Of a stretch of 64,000 nucleotides of DNA, positions 11,338 through 22,061 are shown one piece after another; the stretch's first letter is position 1, and each line of letters opens with the position of its first letter. The notes below the pieces were generated by a model that was not told where the DNA came from, did no database searches, and was given only the letters and a program-made list of their open reading frames with translations. Source of the stretch: Penicillus capitatus (taxonomy: Eukaryota; Plantae; Chlorophyta); assembly GCA_965649825.1 (NCBI GenBank), contig OZ287706.1, positions 806,001 through 870,000 of the forward strand, in the 5' to 3' direction. Both the position numbers and the translations under genes were made by a program.

Positions 11338-14304
11338 TCACATAAAGACATCTAGATCTAATTCGTAGTTAAACTTCTGACGGATGTCGTCTTGAATCGA
11401 TCGGACAAACTCTCGACAGCAGGTACCAAAGGAAACAGGATATCGATCGCCGACTCTGCGAATCGCTTTCAGCGTTAAGCTCGCGATTCCCATCTGCATC
11501 TCATCAACGCCGTCAATCCATTCCTTCACTCGACAGAGCATGTCCGACGCAGAATCTGTCTTCCCTTTTACGCGTTCAGGCGGCCATTTCAGAACTTCGT
11601 CCCTTTCTTTGAGCCATGCGACCAGCTTGGCGGCGACGAAAGATGGAATTCGCGATTCACACCCGCGGCAGATTAGTTCTTCGATCGATGCGACATCTAC
11701 AAGCGCTCGGACTCACGGAGATCGGCATCCCTCAGGTGACGCGACTTGAAATGACAGGATGCTTCTTGCTCTCCGCCGCCTCCGTCACCGTCTTCTGTCT
11801 CTTCGTGTCCCGCGTGTCGTTACCCGCCACAAAGAGATTGTTACGTTCCAGTGGGATCGTCTCAATGATCTCCCGTCTCAACTCGACCGGCAAAGCTTCC
11901 AGCACACTCTCATCCACCTACTCAAATCACGCACGATAAGAACGACGTCGGGACAAGACGTCAGACATCGGCCAGGACAAGACCATCTGGTTGAACGACT
12001 CTGACGGAGCGCAGAACGATCGGAGCATGCGATCTGCTGCCCTTCGACTTTGCTTTCCGTTTCTTTCCACGATCGATCGGAACGGCGGATTGAGGTCGGA
12101 GATCCGACTTCGTGCCCTGGTCGACGGGCTTGAGCTCAGGCAACAATCTCTGCGATGCATCTCTTTCGCTGTCGAGTTTCGAAATCTGACAACGGCACAG
12201 AAAATCGAGTCCATCGTTGCCCCCTGTGAACACAGCTCACCCCAATGCCGAGACCTCGAATGTCAGCGACAGGAATCTCCATGCGCAGAAACAGTTGCCA
12301 GACATGCTGCAACAGAATCTCTGGACGGTCTGTGTACTGATCCAAGGTGTGACTGCGACTGTAGTGGTCACACGCTCCGCATCCCAGAAACTTTCGCGGA
12401 CACACTGGCGCGTCTTCCTGTCGTACTCGCACCTGTCACATCGCGATACATCCACAACGTTCGGTGTTTTGTCACGCACCTTCAGCGAGACGCATCGTCC
12501 TTTGAGACGCAGAAAAGACATTCGGTGCAGCACTTCGGCCAGAATCTCCTGTAGATAGCTCCGCACATCTTCGACCCTGTGGATTCGGATACCCCAGTTG
12601 CATTCGGCGCAAACGGACTTACGCGTCTGCCAGGAACCCCACGTCGCGTGAGCCGATCCTGCCGCCACGACTTCACACCTTCGGCAGTTGGACGGCCGCT
12701 GCGTCAATCCCATGTGATGCTCTCCACATCATCCTTCCTGTCTTTTCGCCGAACGCATCGATCAGCCACTTCTCGGATCTCTCCATCACCTGCGCCGTCG
12801 TTTCGATTCCTTCTGCTCGGAGCTTCTCTGTCAGCGACCATCCGATGCCTAGGTGCTCGATCATCGACAGGCGAATCACGCGATGTGACAGCAATGCCTG
12901 GAATGTCGTGAAGGGGGACTTCGCAGAGGAAGGCCGAAATCTCGGCGCTCAGAACGCGATACTGCCCGTCGGGTTTGGCCTTGGACGTCGCCATCTTGGC
13001 CAGGAGCTTGTTCGGTCCAATTCCGGCACTGGCTGGGCACCGCGTCGTGTCGTAGATCTCGCATCGGATGCGCCGTGCCAACTCTTCAGGGTCTCCCAGT
13101 CCCGTCACATCAAGGTACGCTTCGTCACACGATACTGGCTCGACACGCGCACTGTAACTCGACAGAATTCCGTACACCTAACAGACGTCCGTTCGGTCGC
13201 ACTGTCGAACGGAACGCGCTCTGAGTGCCTGTTCTGAAATTTCGTGATACTGCTGGAACTGATAGGGGACGACTTTCAGTGCCGGGCACTTCTCCAGGGC
13301 AGACGAGATGAAGGATCCAGCACGAATTCCGAATCGACGAGCCGGGTAGTTTGCACACGAGATCTCTGCTGTGCCGTTCCTGTTGCTGGAATGGCACACC
13401 ACGAAAGGAACGTCTCTCAGTTCCGGCCGCGTCAGCAAAGCCACGGACGCGAAGAAACAGTCCATGTCGATGTGCACGATCTGTCTGTCTCCTGTCAATA
13501 AGGCCGTGCAGCATTTGGTCGGGGTTTCCGAGAGGCACCTGTTTTGGCGGGTTTGGGCCCCCGGTTCCTCTGCTGTTGCAGGAAGCCTTCGATGCGCAGC
13601 TTCCAGGTGCCGATGAAATGAAGCCTCGAATGTTCAAAGTAGCTACGGATGAAAGCGCTCGGCGTCAGATCAGCATTCTTAAAATAGGCTGTCTCTTTTT
13701 CGGCATCTCCCTCCGGAGGCATGTCCACTGTCATCTCTGCTTCCTCTTGCGGATCGTCATGGCTCATTAGAAACGCATCGAGGCGTCGATCCCGGGGATC
13801 CTGGATCTGCTCGAGGGCAAAGTCCTCCACGGGCAGCACCTCTCCTGCATCGATCGACGCAGTGATCCACTCCGGCCGCACGACCGGAACCGGATTCCTG
13901 CAGCGATGCGATCCCCCCAGTCAGACAGCGTTTACGATAGAGCACGGGCACTTTTCTTTTCGGAGCTGGCGGATCTTAGCGAGTGGCAATTGACTGCAGA
14001 TGAGGTGTGTGACAGGAGGACGGTTGTCGTAGATCTCGAATCCTCCTCCATGTAAGGCCATCAGATGTCTGAGCTCCTGTTGCGATGGCACGGTGTGTCC
14101 ATTGACGAAGATCGTGATGCCGGTGAACAGCGATGTCTTTTCCTGTCCTCCTTCGAGATGGAACCGTTCCAGTTCTTCATTCCGAAACTGCCTTCGGAAC
14201 TTGGCGTTTTTGTTGTCGAAGTAGCGGGACCAACTGCCACCGTGGCCCGCAGATGGCTCGGCTTCGCGCTTGCGCGAGGGCTTTCGTACGGTATTTGCAT
14301 CCAT
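11338..14304 (-). CDS. REV1: DNA repair protein REV1 (Y-family polymerase)
   Basis: N-terminal BRCT (FTGITIFVNGHT..HLIC), IVHIDMDCFFASV, SCDEAYLDVT, ASAGIGPNKLLAKMAT, UBM-like VLEALPVELRREI and a C-terminal REV1 domain; multi-exon. Confidence 0.95.
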
Positions 14305-14629
14305 CGACAGCCAGAAGACGAAATGCTGCGACGTCGCGGAGGACAGGCCTCGGCCCGAAGGTCAATGCAGTTGATTTCGTTGAGGTTTGTCTCAAAAACC
14401 TGTTGCATGTACCGATCCTGTCTCGTCTTTTGGATCTAACGGATCATCTGACTGCCATTTCCTAAACGTCGCCTCTCTGGGTATTTCTCCATCGGCCAAT
14501 CCATCAAACGTATACAATCAATCATGAATACGTGGCCCTTGTGAAGGGACCCTTCGTTCCGATACGCCATTGGCAGTCCACAAACGCCGTTGCTTGACGC
14601 GATTGATCCCAAAGAGGCAAGGAGCCGCC

Positions 14630-14637
14630 TATATATA
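14630..14637 (+). promoter_or_regulatory. Candidate TATA box upstream of lectin gene 1
   Basis: TATATATA about 45-50 nt upstream of the ATG at 14682. Confidence 0.35.
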
Positions 14638-14681
14638 CGTCGTTCGTTAACTGCTCTTCTGAGGACCTGTGGTTTCTAGCC

Positions 14682-15947
14682 ATGCGTACCAACCTCATTT
14701 GCAGCCCGTGTCTGGCGTGTGTCTGCGCCGTTCTGTTCTTTGCAGTTGTATCGTTCGGTTACACGGAACATGAGGCAGTCACACGGAACGACCTCCTCCT
14801 CGCCAAGGCTTTGAAAAACGGAGAATTCTGCTGTCCTTGCGTTTTGGAGAAAGCCGAGGTGGATCGTCGAACCACTCGCGAAAACTGCTGCCCCTGCGCT
14901 CTTGAACAACGTCTGAAGAAGATTCCGCTCGCACCTCTTCATCGTGCCCGTGCCGTGTACAGCAACGAGGCGAAAGACCCGGCAGTGAAGTCCTGCGAAC
15001 TCATCACCGGCGATCTTCTCTCGTCTCTGCCGAACTGCGTTTCTTTCAAAAGAGGACAAGTGGACTGCTTCTACGTCAACTATGAAACGCAGACGGTCAT
15101 CCACAAGACGATAAAGGACGGTACACCGCAGGAATCAGTCGATAATCAAGCAAAAGTACGCGATGAAGTGATTCCTGTGGCCAAGTCTAGCAACAAATTC
15201 ACCCTCATGACCTTGAACCAGTCGAACCATTTGATGACCAGAATGATCAGAGGCGGTGAATGGACGGAATGGGAGACGATCGAGAATGCCATGGCACTGG
15301 AAGTGCCGTCTGTCTTTATGCGTGGCAGCGGAGGTGTTACCTGCTTCTACCGATCAGTAGACAATTCGCTTTGGTATGTGGACCGTTCGCGCTATGGCAA
15401 ATGGGAACCACCAAAGAAGCTCCAGCTGGAGGGTTTGGTATCACCTCCGACATGCACCGAACGCGGGGATGGCGATGCCGAAGACTGTTTCGCCTTGGCA
15501 TCCGACAACTCTGTGTCGCATGAGATGTGGGTTTTCGGGGGAGAATGGAAAGTACAGCCGGGAGCGGGTGGAATGGGAAAACAGCGCATCTCTGTGACAA
15601 GCTGGGACTACGATCGTGCCGACATCTTCGTCCTTGGCGTCGGCAATCAGCTCATGCACCGAGCCTTTGTGGAAGAGGAGTGGGAGGAATGGGAGGATCT
15701 CGGCGGCAGCTTCGTGTCTGCTCCGGAATGCATTGCAATCGAAGACGAGGCGATACACTGTTTTCTGATCGGTGTCGATCGTACTCTCATGCGCAAGTCG
15801 TTCGTCGACAATTCTTGGTCGGACTGGTTCTCCTCTTCCTATGCCATGATCGAAAAGCCATCATGCGTGGTGACAGGAGGAACGACAATTGCGTGTTACT
15901 CACGCGGATACACCGGACACATGGTCGAGATCGTTTACGAACTCTAA
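14682..15947 (+). CDS. Secreted PLL/DUF346-like beta-propeller (lectin-like) protein, copy 1, intronless
   Basis: 421-aa ORF with signal peptide, two CCPC motifs and blade repeats such as ISVTSWDYDRADIFVLGVGNQLMHR..WEEWEDLGGSFVSAP. Confidence 0.75.
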   Translation: MRTNLICSPCLACVCAVLFFAVVSFGYTEHEAVTRNDLLLAKALKNGEFCCPCVLEKAEVDRRTTRENCCPCALEQRLKKIPLAPLHRARAVYSNEAKDPAVKSCELITGDLLSSLPNCVSFKRGQVDCFYVNYETQTVIHKTIKDGTPQESVDNQAKVRDEVIPVAKSSNKFTLMTLNQSNHLMTRMIRGGEWTEWETIENAMALEVPSVFMRGSGGVTCFYRSVDNSLWYVDRSRYGKWEPPKKLQLEGLVSPPTCTERGDGDAEDCFALASDNSVSHEMWVFGGEWKVQPGAGGMGKQRISVTSWDYDRADIFVLGVGNQLMHRAFVEEEWEEWEDLGGSFVSAPECIAIEDEAIHCFLIGVDRTLMRKSFVDNSWSDWFSSSYAMIEKPSCVVTGGTTIACYSRGYTGHMVEIVYEL

Positions 15948-16076
15948 GTTTTCGATCCATTACGTGCGCGTTTTGTTTTTTTGATTAAGAGATGGGTTTA
16001 TAAGCACTTTGCTGTGCGGGTGTTTGCGGGTGATGTTGTTTGAACAGACGCAAGTCTTTCAAATCGATTCAAGTGT

Positions 16077-17358
16077 TTACAGACGTTCTATCCAGTCCCA
16101 GATCTCTTCGGCCAGTCGCTGTAGATCGCGCGATCGCATGATCTCTGGGAGGATGTCTTGACGGAGAAAAGAGACGGGCTCCCCTCCCAGCATCTCTCCG
16201 TTTCGTCCCTGCAGTAGATCCATGCAGATCTTTCGGAGCTTCGTCTCCTCGTCCTTGGTGACGGAATGGCATCGTGTGGCACGAGAGGTCAGGAAACGGA
16301 CGTAAGCCAACGTCCACTTGCGATAGTCTGTTGGGAACTTCAGCTCGATCGCGTTCATGATTCCCTGTTCCAGATGATGCTTCACATCTGCCTGACTGGC
16401 ATGCAAGGATAATGCATCGAGTTCAATATCGCTCGTCTCATCTAGTCGACAAACAAATCGTTCGCTGTCTTTGAGAATGATCACTGTGATGGCTTACCTG
16501 TATCCATCTGCGCTGCTTGATGACCGGTCTGTCTCTGTGATGGATCTGAAATGAGGGTCCATGCTTCGAGGGAAGTATTGTAGAGATAAGCATGCCCGTC
16601 CGAAAGCATGGCAATTGGCAAGGAGTTGGAGCTGAAGTGGATGGTTGACACTGCACACACAACCACCTTCATTCGGTGAAGGATGATGCTAAGAAAAGAC
16701 CGCACGTTGGGCTTCCTTGCAGAGCGAGCAGACAGAGGCGCGATAGATCGACGGCCTCTTTGAACGGCTCCGAGATCTGTTGGATGCACATCCAGTCCGA
16801 GGTCCGCCAAATGAAGACTCGTTTGGCATCGGCCTGACTCGCGAGGAACTGACCGAGTGGATCCCATGCCACGCCCTTGACCATATTCTTGTGGCCGGTA
16901 ATGATGTGACAGGTCTCTCCCCCTTCGACATCCCAGATGATGATCGCCCCGTCCAGACTGCAACTGGCGAGCATATGTCGACGTGTGGTGGTGCCCCATG
17001 CGACTTCCGAGACGTCGAGCTTCTGCTGATGCCACTTGCGAAATGGGCGCCACGAAGGTTCGTTGAAAGGCACCCATGCGGCAACACTGACAACGCCGTC
17101 CGACCCTCCCGAGGCCAAGAGACGGCCAGTGTGATTGAATCGAACGGAGTTCACAGGCTTCTCGTGAACTTTGATCTCGGCGAGCAGCGAAGTGTCGTTG
17201 GAAGAGGAGAGCGCTTTGGCGAAGCTCCAGACGTTAACGACGCCATCGTCACCGCCGGTCGCAAATGCATTTCCGCGGGGCGAGATATCGATAGAGAAGA
17301 TCGGAACGACGTTTTCCTTCTCCAAGTGCACCGCCCATGTCAACGGCTTAGTAATCAT
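16077..17358 (-). CDS. HIRA: HIRA-like histone chaperone, internally shortened
   Basis: N-terminus PIFSIDISPRGNAFATGGDD, HEKPVNSVRF, VKGVAWDPLGQFLASQADAK; C-terminal Hira-domain motifs LSDGHAYLYN..W, HLEQ..A..LKFPTDYRKWTLAYVRFL, LRKICMDLL. Total span is only about 1.3 kb. Confidence 0.8.
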
Positions 17359-18553
17359 TCTTGTAGCAGATTGACGTAACGCGCACGACAACCAGGAGAG
17401 AATGGAAACGCCGACGAACGCAGACTACTACACGAACTGGGAAGGCAAAGGTGAAGAGCTGCTAGCTGTCTCGCTGAGGTGAGAAGGCGTCGTGCAGGAT
17501 TGGTGAAGCCGGCGCCGCCTCCGGAAGTGCGAGACTGGCCGCAACCCGTCGGACTGACACCGCACGAAGAATACATGATTCATCCTTCGGTCAACAAAGT
17601 CTCCCTGGGGCTCGGCTGGGACGAGTGAGCGCGTGTGATGCCGAATGTTCGAGAGGGATACCGGGTTTCGCTGTAGAGGAGTGGATGTGGATGCCTCTGC
17701 AGCCCTCATTGGTTCCCAGCACGACGTGGTGGACCTCGTCTGGTGGCACAATCTCAAGAGCACATGCAAAAGTGTCAAGCATTCGGGCGATGACACGACA
17801 GGCGAAGGGGGTGGCGATGATGAGATCATCACAGTCGACATAACAGACATTCCGTTGAGGGTGCACCACATCCTCTTCGCCGTCTGCATCTACAGTGACG
17901 GATTCTCCTTCGATCAAGTCCGTCTGCAGCGTCCTATGTGTCCTCTGCACGTCCTTTTCTCTGTGTAGCTGCGCAGAGCGTATGTGAGAATGATGCACGG
18001 GAAGCCAAAGTACAAGGGACACATCATGTGCCAGTTTGAGCTGAACCAGCTGGTCGGTCGAGCGATGTTGATGGGAGTGATGACGAGGAAAGGTGCTTAC
18101 TGGAGCTTCAAGGCACTCGGTATTCCTGCTACGGGCCAGACCATCCAGGACGTCGTACAGGTAAGTGTCTCATTCCTTGTACCTACACGACGGCACCGCC
18201 ATATGTGTTTTTCAGAATCCTGCAAACTTGGAGTTCCTGCAGTCGAGCATCTCCTTTCCGCCACTGCTAAGGAACGTGAGTGTCCGTGTGACGCAGGGGG
18301 CAGAGTTGGCTGCAAAGGATGCCGCCAGATTCGGAAGAGAGGCATCATCTGACCCTTACTTCACTCTGAAGTTTAAGAAGAGTGTTGGTTTTCTGCAGTG
18401 CTATTCGACGATGGGGCAGATTTGGCGCTGAAAAACAGGCCAAAATCGTCAGCGCAGCAGCGGGGTTACGCTATTAGTTGTTAGCAACGCAAAGCGACTT
18501 GATCGACACTGTGAAGAACTCCCTCTAGTTACACCACCCTCCACGTCTCTTTC

Positions 18554-18622
18554 GCCTCGTGGTGTAGCGGTTGGCACACTTGGGGATTTCCCAAGAGGCG
18601 TGGGTTCGAATCCCATCGAGGT
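18554..18622 (+). other. tRNA-like head of the SINE (not a functional tRNA)
   Basis: Cloverleaf folds: GCCTCG/CGAGGT acceptor, GTG/CAC D stem, CTTGG/CCAAG anticodon stem, GTGGG-TTCGAAT-CCCAT T arm. The anticodon loop GGATTTC lacks U33 and purine 37. Confidence 0.75.
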
Positions 18623-18925
18623 CCCGTGCGTCACTCGGGTGATAGTGACAGGTCGGAGGGTTAATCGGCATCTCGCCGCGACGTAATTGGACAAATGCTC
18701 GGAGATTGAAATCTAGACCCCTAGCCGCGGGTTGGAGGGTCACGTCTGGGGAGGTCGACGACGCAAGACTGTCGAGAACGAGACGCCGGAAGACGAGCGA
18801 TTTAATGAACGATGGATGGGTGATAGATGAAAATCGATGAACACTTGAACGGTTAACTAGCGGTGAATGTCGGGTTGTAAAATGCCTCTTGCGAATGCGA
18901 CTGTAAACAAACCACGATTGACACA
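18555..18925 (+). mobile_element. tRNA-derived SINE nested in the solo LTR
   Basis: 13-bp TSD CACGTCTCTTTCG (18542-18554 and 18926-18938); tRNA-like head with A box TGGTGTAGCGGTTGG and B box GGTTCGAATCC; short CA tail; empty site in the related LTR near 52.0 kb. Confidence 0.85.
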
Positions 18926-20385
18926 CACGTCTCTTTCGACCTCTTCGGCATGGACGACCCGTATCTCTCTTTCGCCGCCTTAGTCGGGGAGTGGAAGACT
19001 AAAGTCGCCGGAGTCTTGGCCGGGAGATGGAGGGGCGTCGTGGCTAGATTCATCTTCGTGTTGGCTCATCTCACCAAGCGCAGCGGAAGTCTTGAAGTCA
19101 GATAATGATGGGAAAGAGCTTGGAGGCCGCACCGACAATTTTGCAGAAAGGAGACGACTTGTTACAATCGATGATAGATAGCAAATGTTTGTAAGACAGA
19201 AACGGGGTTTATGCGATGTCCAAAAGATAACAGAAACTCAGGTGTCAAACGAGAGATGATTTATGTGTCCAGACCCTTGCTTAAATACCCAGTCCCTGAA
19301 GTGACGATAGGAAAAACAGATGAACTTCAAGAGTGAGTTCACAATGAGATTCACAATCAGACTAGGAAGTTCAGCATGAAATTCTAGAAGCTTCCCAAGA
19401 ACTTCGCAGGAACTCGCTCCTAGTCAGCATGACTTGTCCGCGACTCAGCGGCGACGGCTCCGTTGCGCAGCCAAGAACGCGAAAAGGCATAAACGACAGA
19501 AGATGCAATCCATTATGTTGTCGTCTCATCACGTTCCCTCAGAATTGCGCCCTTTCTTCACAGACACAATTGGCCCGTAACACCGGAAACTTTAAACCCA
19601 AACTTGCTCCCAAAGTTTTTACTTTGTATGCCTATGTACTATGTTCTTCTTGCGTTTTTTCTTAGTTACGCACACAAGATTCATGTTTTCTGTCGCTTCT
19701 TGGCGACATCTTGATTTCATGCCGTCGCCTTATTGCGCCGCCACATCTTTAGGCTTCTACCACACGCTGCGTCTTCTTCTCAGCGCGTTGACTGTCATTT
19801 CATCACGTCAACTGACTGCCACGGGTTTCTCGTTATTAATGTAATCCAGACTGATCATTCAGGGTTACAGCACTCCTCGTCGCCTCAGACTTCTGGCTCA
19901 AAACTCGACGTCGCCTGCACCTCGCAGGTCATTTGCTGCTCCAAACTCGATGTCGCCGCGAACTTAGCAGCTATCGAATTCCGCCAGCTTCTGAGATTTC
20001 TGGCCAGCGGCTAAGTACCCGCAGATGATAGTGACGTTTTTCCTAGCATTCTGACAATGCACGTCATCCAGACTCGAACCCTGGATATCTGCTCGATCAC
20101 GAGTTCCGCGTCCTACTGCAGACCCGTCTCTCACCCTGCTTTGGTCACTTCGTGACCCTCTCCAGCGCTCTCTTAACCGTCGCTGAATACTTTTTCGTCC
20201 TTTAAGCAATCGGTCTTGACGGCCTTCGAACCGTCGCCAAAAACTTCTTCGCCTGATTACTTAGCGCACCAACAAAGAGAACATTCAAATCAAACTTCGT
20301 CAAGAGGTCGCTGAATCCGACGTGGAATGAAACTGCTTTTAATTTGGGACGCATAAGCGAATCGGAACCGAAGGCTTTGAAGATT

Positions 20386-22061
20386 ATAAAGTAGGTCTTT
20401 CTTACAGCCCTTTTTAATGTTAAACATCAAAGGCGCATCTGTTCTGTATAATGCCGACGATCAGCAGGGCAGCAGATCAGCGTTGGCCAAGCAGGAAAGG
20501 ATGGAAGATGTGAACCTCTGGTGCTATAGACAAACCGATTACTCTCTACTTGTTATCCGGTGTTTCCGCGAGGCGCACTCGTGAAACGAACAAATGGGCG
20601 TATCGGGAGGACCATGTAATCCAGAATCGCGTACGGAGTCTTGCACTCTTCATGAAGCTTCTCGTAGAGTGTCTTCGAGATGAAGACTTTCAGGTTTTTG
20701 CTTGGTAGCCATTCGGGGAGAGGCTGTCCTGCGAGATCTCGTTTCCTGCGATTCAGTCGGTGTGGGGCCGCGAGGTGCGACTCTTGGAGATCGGTAACTG
20801 AGAGGTTCCATCGGCTGCATTTTGTGTTGCGATGGCTTCGATGGTATCTTCAGGGTCAATATCTGTGTCGACGCTGCCGATGACTATCGGGATCTTGTCT
20901 TTGGTGGGCGAGACGTACGGATTGTTGACTGTGAACGTCCCGATATCGTCCAGCTCCAGATCCCATCTGGCACCGGCGCATTCCAGGCAGCGATCAAGGA
21001 CCTGCTCAAATTTCTGGATCAGTTGTGCCCTAATCTGCACGTAGTATCTTCCGCCGTGGTCTGTCCGGATGTCTTCGACGTATTCCTTTAAGTTCTGGAT
21101 CTTTAGCGTTTGTTCCAGGCTGATGCCAAGCTGGCGAAAGGACGGGCGCTCTCCTTTCAGGGTTACTGGGCAGAGCTGGAAGCTGCGTTCGTCACAGCGA
21201 ATTTCGGCCTTGATTGCGTTGGTTTGCTCCCGGATCTCTCGTGCCTGGGTGGTTCGTTGACGCTGGGCGAGGGTCGTGATCTGGGGCTGCTCTGAGGGCA
21301 GGGACTGACGGGCAGCGTCGCGGTACGAGCGGTTGACTTCTCGAACGGTGTCGGCCGCAGAAGGTGGTGTCACGTGGGCCATTGGAGCTGGGGGTGTTGT
21401 AGCGAACGAGACCATGGACTTGTGAAATCCAAGACAGGTTCCTATCTCCTCAAGACGAGTGGCGATTCCCAGGAGCGTTTCTCGGTTTTCGGGTGGAACG
21501 GATCCAGTGGCGCATGCCAGATGAGCCTGCGTAGTGGCGAGGTCTTGGGCGAGTGCTTCCAGGAGATCTGAAGGGGTAACTTTTTCCTTGTATCGGCAGA
21601 TCTGTGAGAGACAGGAAGACTTAGCGTGCGGATCATAGGTGGGACCTTCTGGGGCAAGTAGGAGCGAGTCTCTAGCGCTCTCGTGGTGTCGGACGAGTCG
21701 GAGCTGCACGGCATCTCGCCTTTCATGGGCTGCCAGGTAGGCTCGGATTCTCAGGATGAGCTGTGCGGCGTCCATGGAAGCAGCGTCCTGTGTGGAACAC
21801 GCCCGGACTGCGGTGTTCACGAGTATGAGCTCAGCCTTGCTCATGTTTTCCAGAACCTCTGGCGCGACCGGCGCAGGTCGCGCCGGTATCGGACCGTGTT
21901 TGCGGCCTGAGCAACCGCCGTGCGCACTGGGTCCGAGGCGGTGTTAGGACCGCTAGACTGAGAGCCTGACGGTTGCATCGTTCGTTTTCGCGTTAGCGGG
22001 CACCGTCGTTCAGCAAGGGTTTTTAAAACAGCGGAACGAAAGTGTCGACGAGAGAATTTTT
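20386..22061 (-). mobile_element. ORF1-only non-LTR-derived element (1.68 kb)
   Basis: 15-bp TSD AAGGCTTTGAAGATT at 20371-20385 and 22062-22076; contains a single gag/ORF1-like ORF; no RT, no poly-A, no TIRs. Confidence 0.75.
20753..21844 (-). CDS. LINE ORF1/gag-like protein, frameshifted near 20810
   Basis: Intronless 363-aa ORF with IPIVIGSVDTDIDPEDTIEAI; continues in another frame as RWNLSV..RLNRRK..ILDYMVLPIRPFV, resembling pre-zinc-knuckle ORF1 segments. Confidence 0.55.
   Translation of the reverse strand: MSKAELILVNTAVRACSTQDAASMDAAQLILRIRAYLAAHERRDAVQLRLVRHHESARDSLLLAPEGPTYDPHAKSSCLSQICRYKEKVTPSDLLEALAQDLATTQAHLACATGSVPPENRETLLGIATRLEEIGTCLGFHKSMVSFATTPPAPMAHVTPPSAADTVREVNRSYRDAARQSLPSEQPQITTLAQRQRTTQAREIREQTNAIKAEIRCDERSFQLCPVTLKGERPSFRQLGISLEQTLKIQNLKEYVEDIRTDHGGRYYVQIRAQLIQKFEQVLDRCLECAGARWDLELDDIGTFTVNNPYVSPTKDKIPIVIGSVDTDIDPEDTIEAIATQNAADGTSQLPISKSRTSRPHTD

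Larger units (their letters stand above)
18383..20274. mobile_element. Solo LTR (about 1.5 kb plus nested SINE)
   Basis: Termini TGTTGGT...ACCAACA; 5-bp TSD AAGAG at 18378-18382 and 20275-20279; removing it restores the C2 reading frame; no second LTR or pol seen. Confidence 0.85.

Noticed and set aside
18554-18622. Functional tRNA gene
   Set aside because: The anticodon loop lacks U33 and purine 37, the acceptor stem is only 6 bp, and it is flanked by a 13-bp TSD with an empty homologous site, so it is a SINE head.
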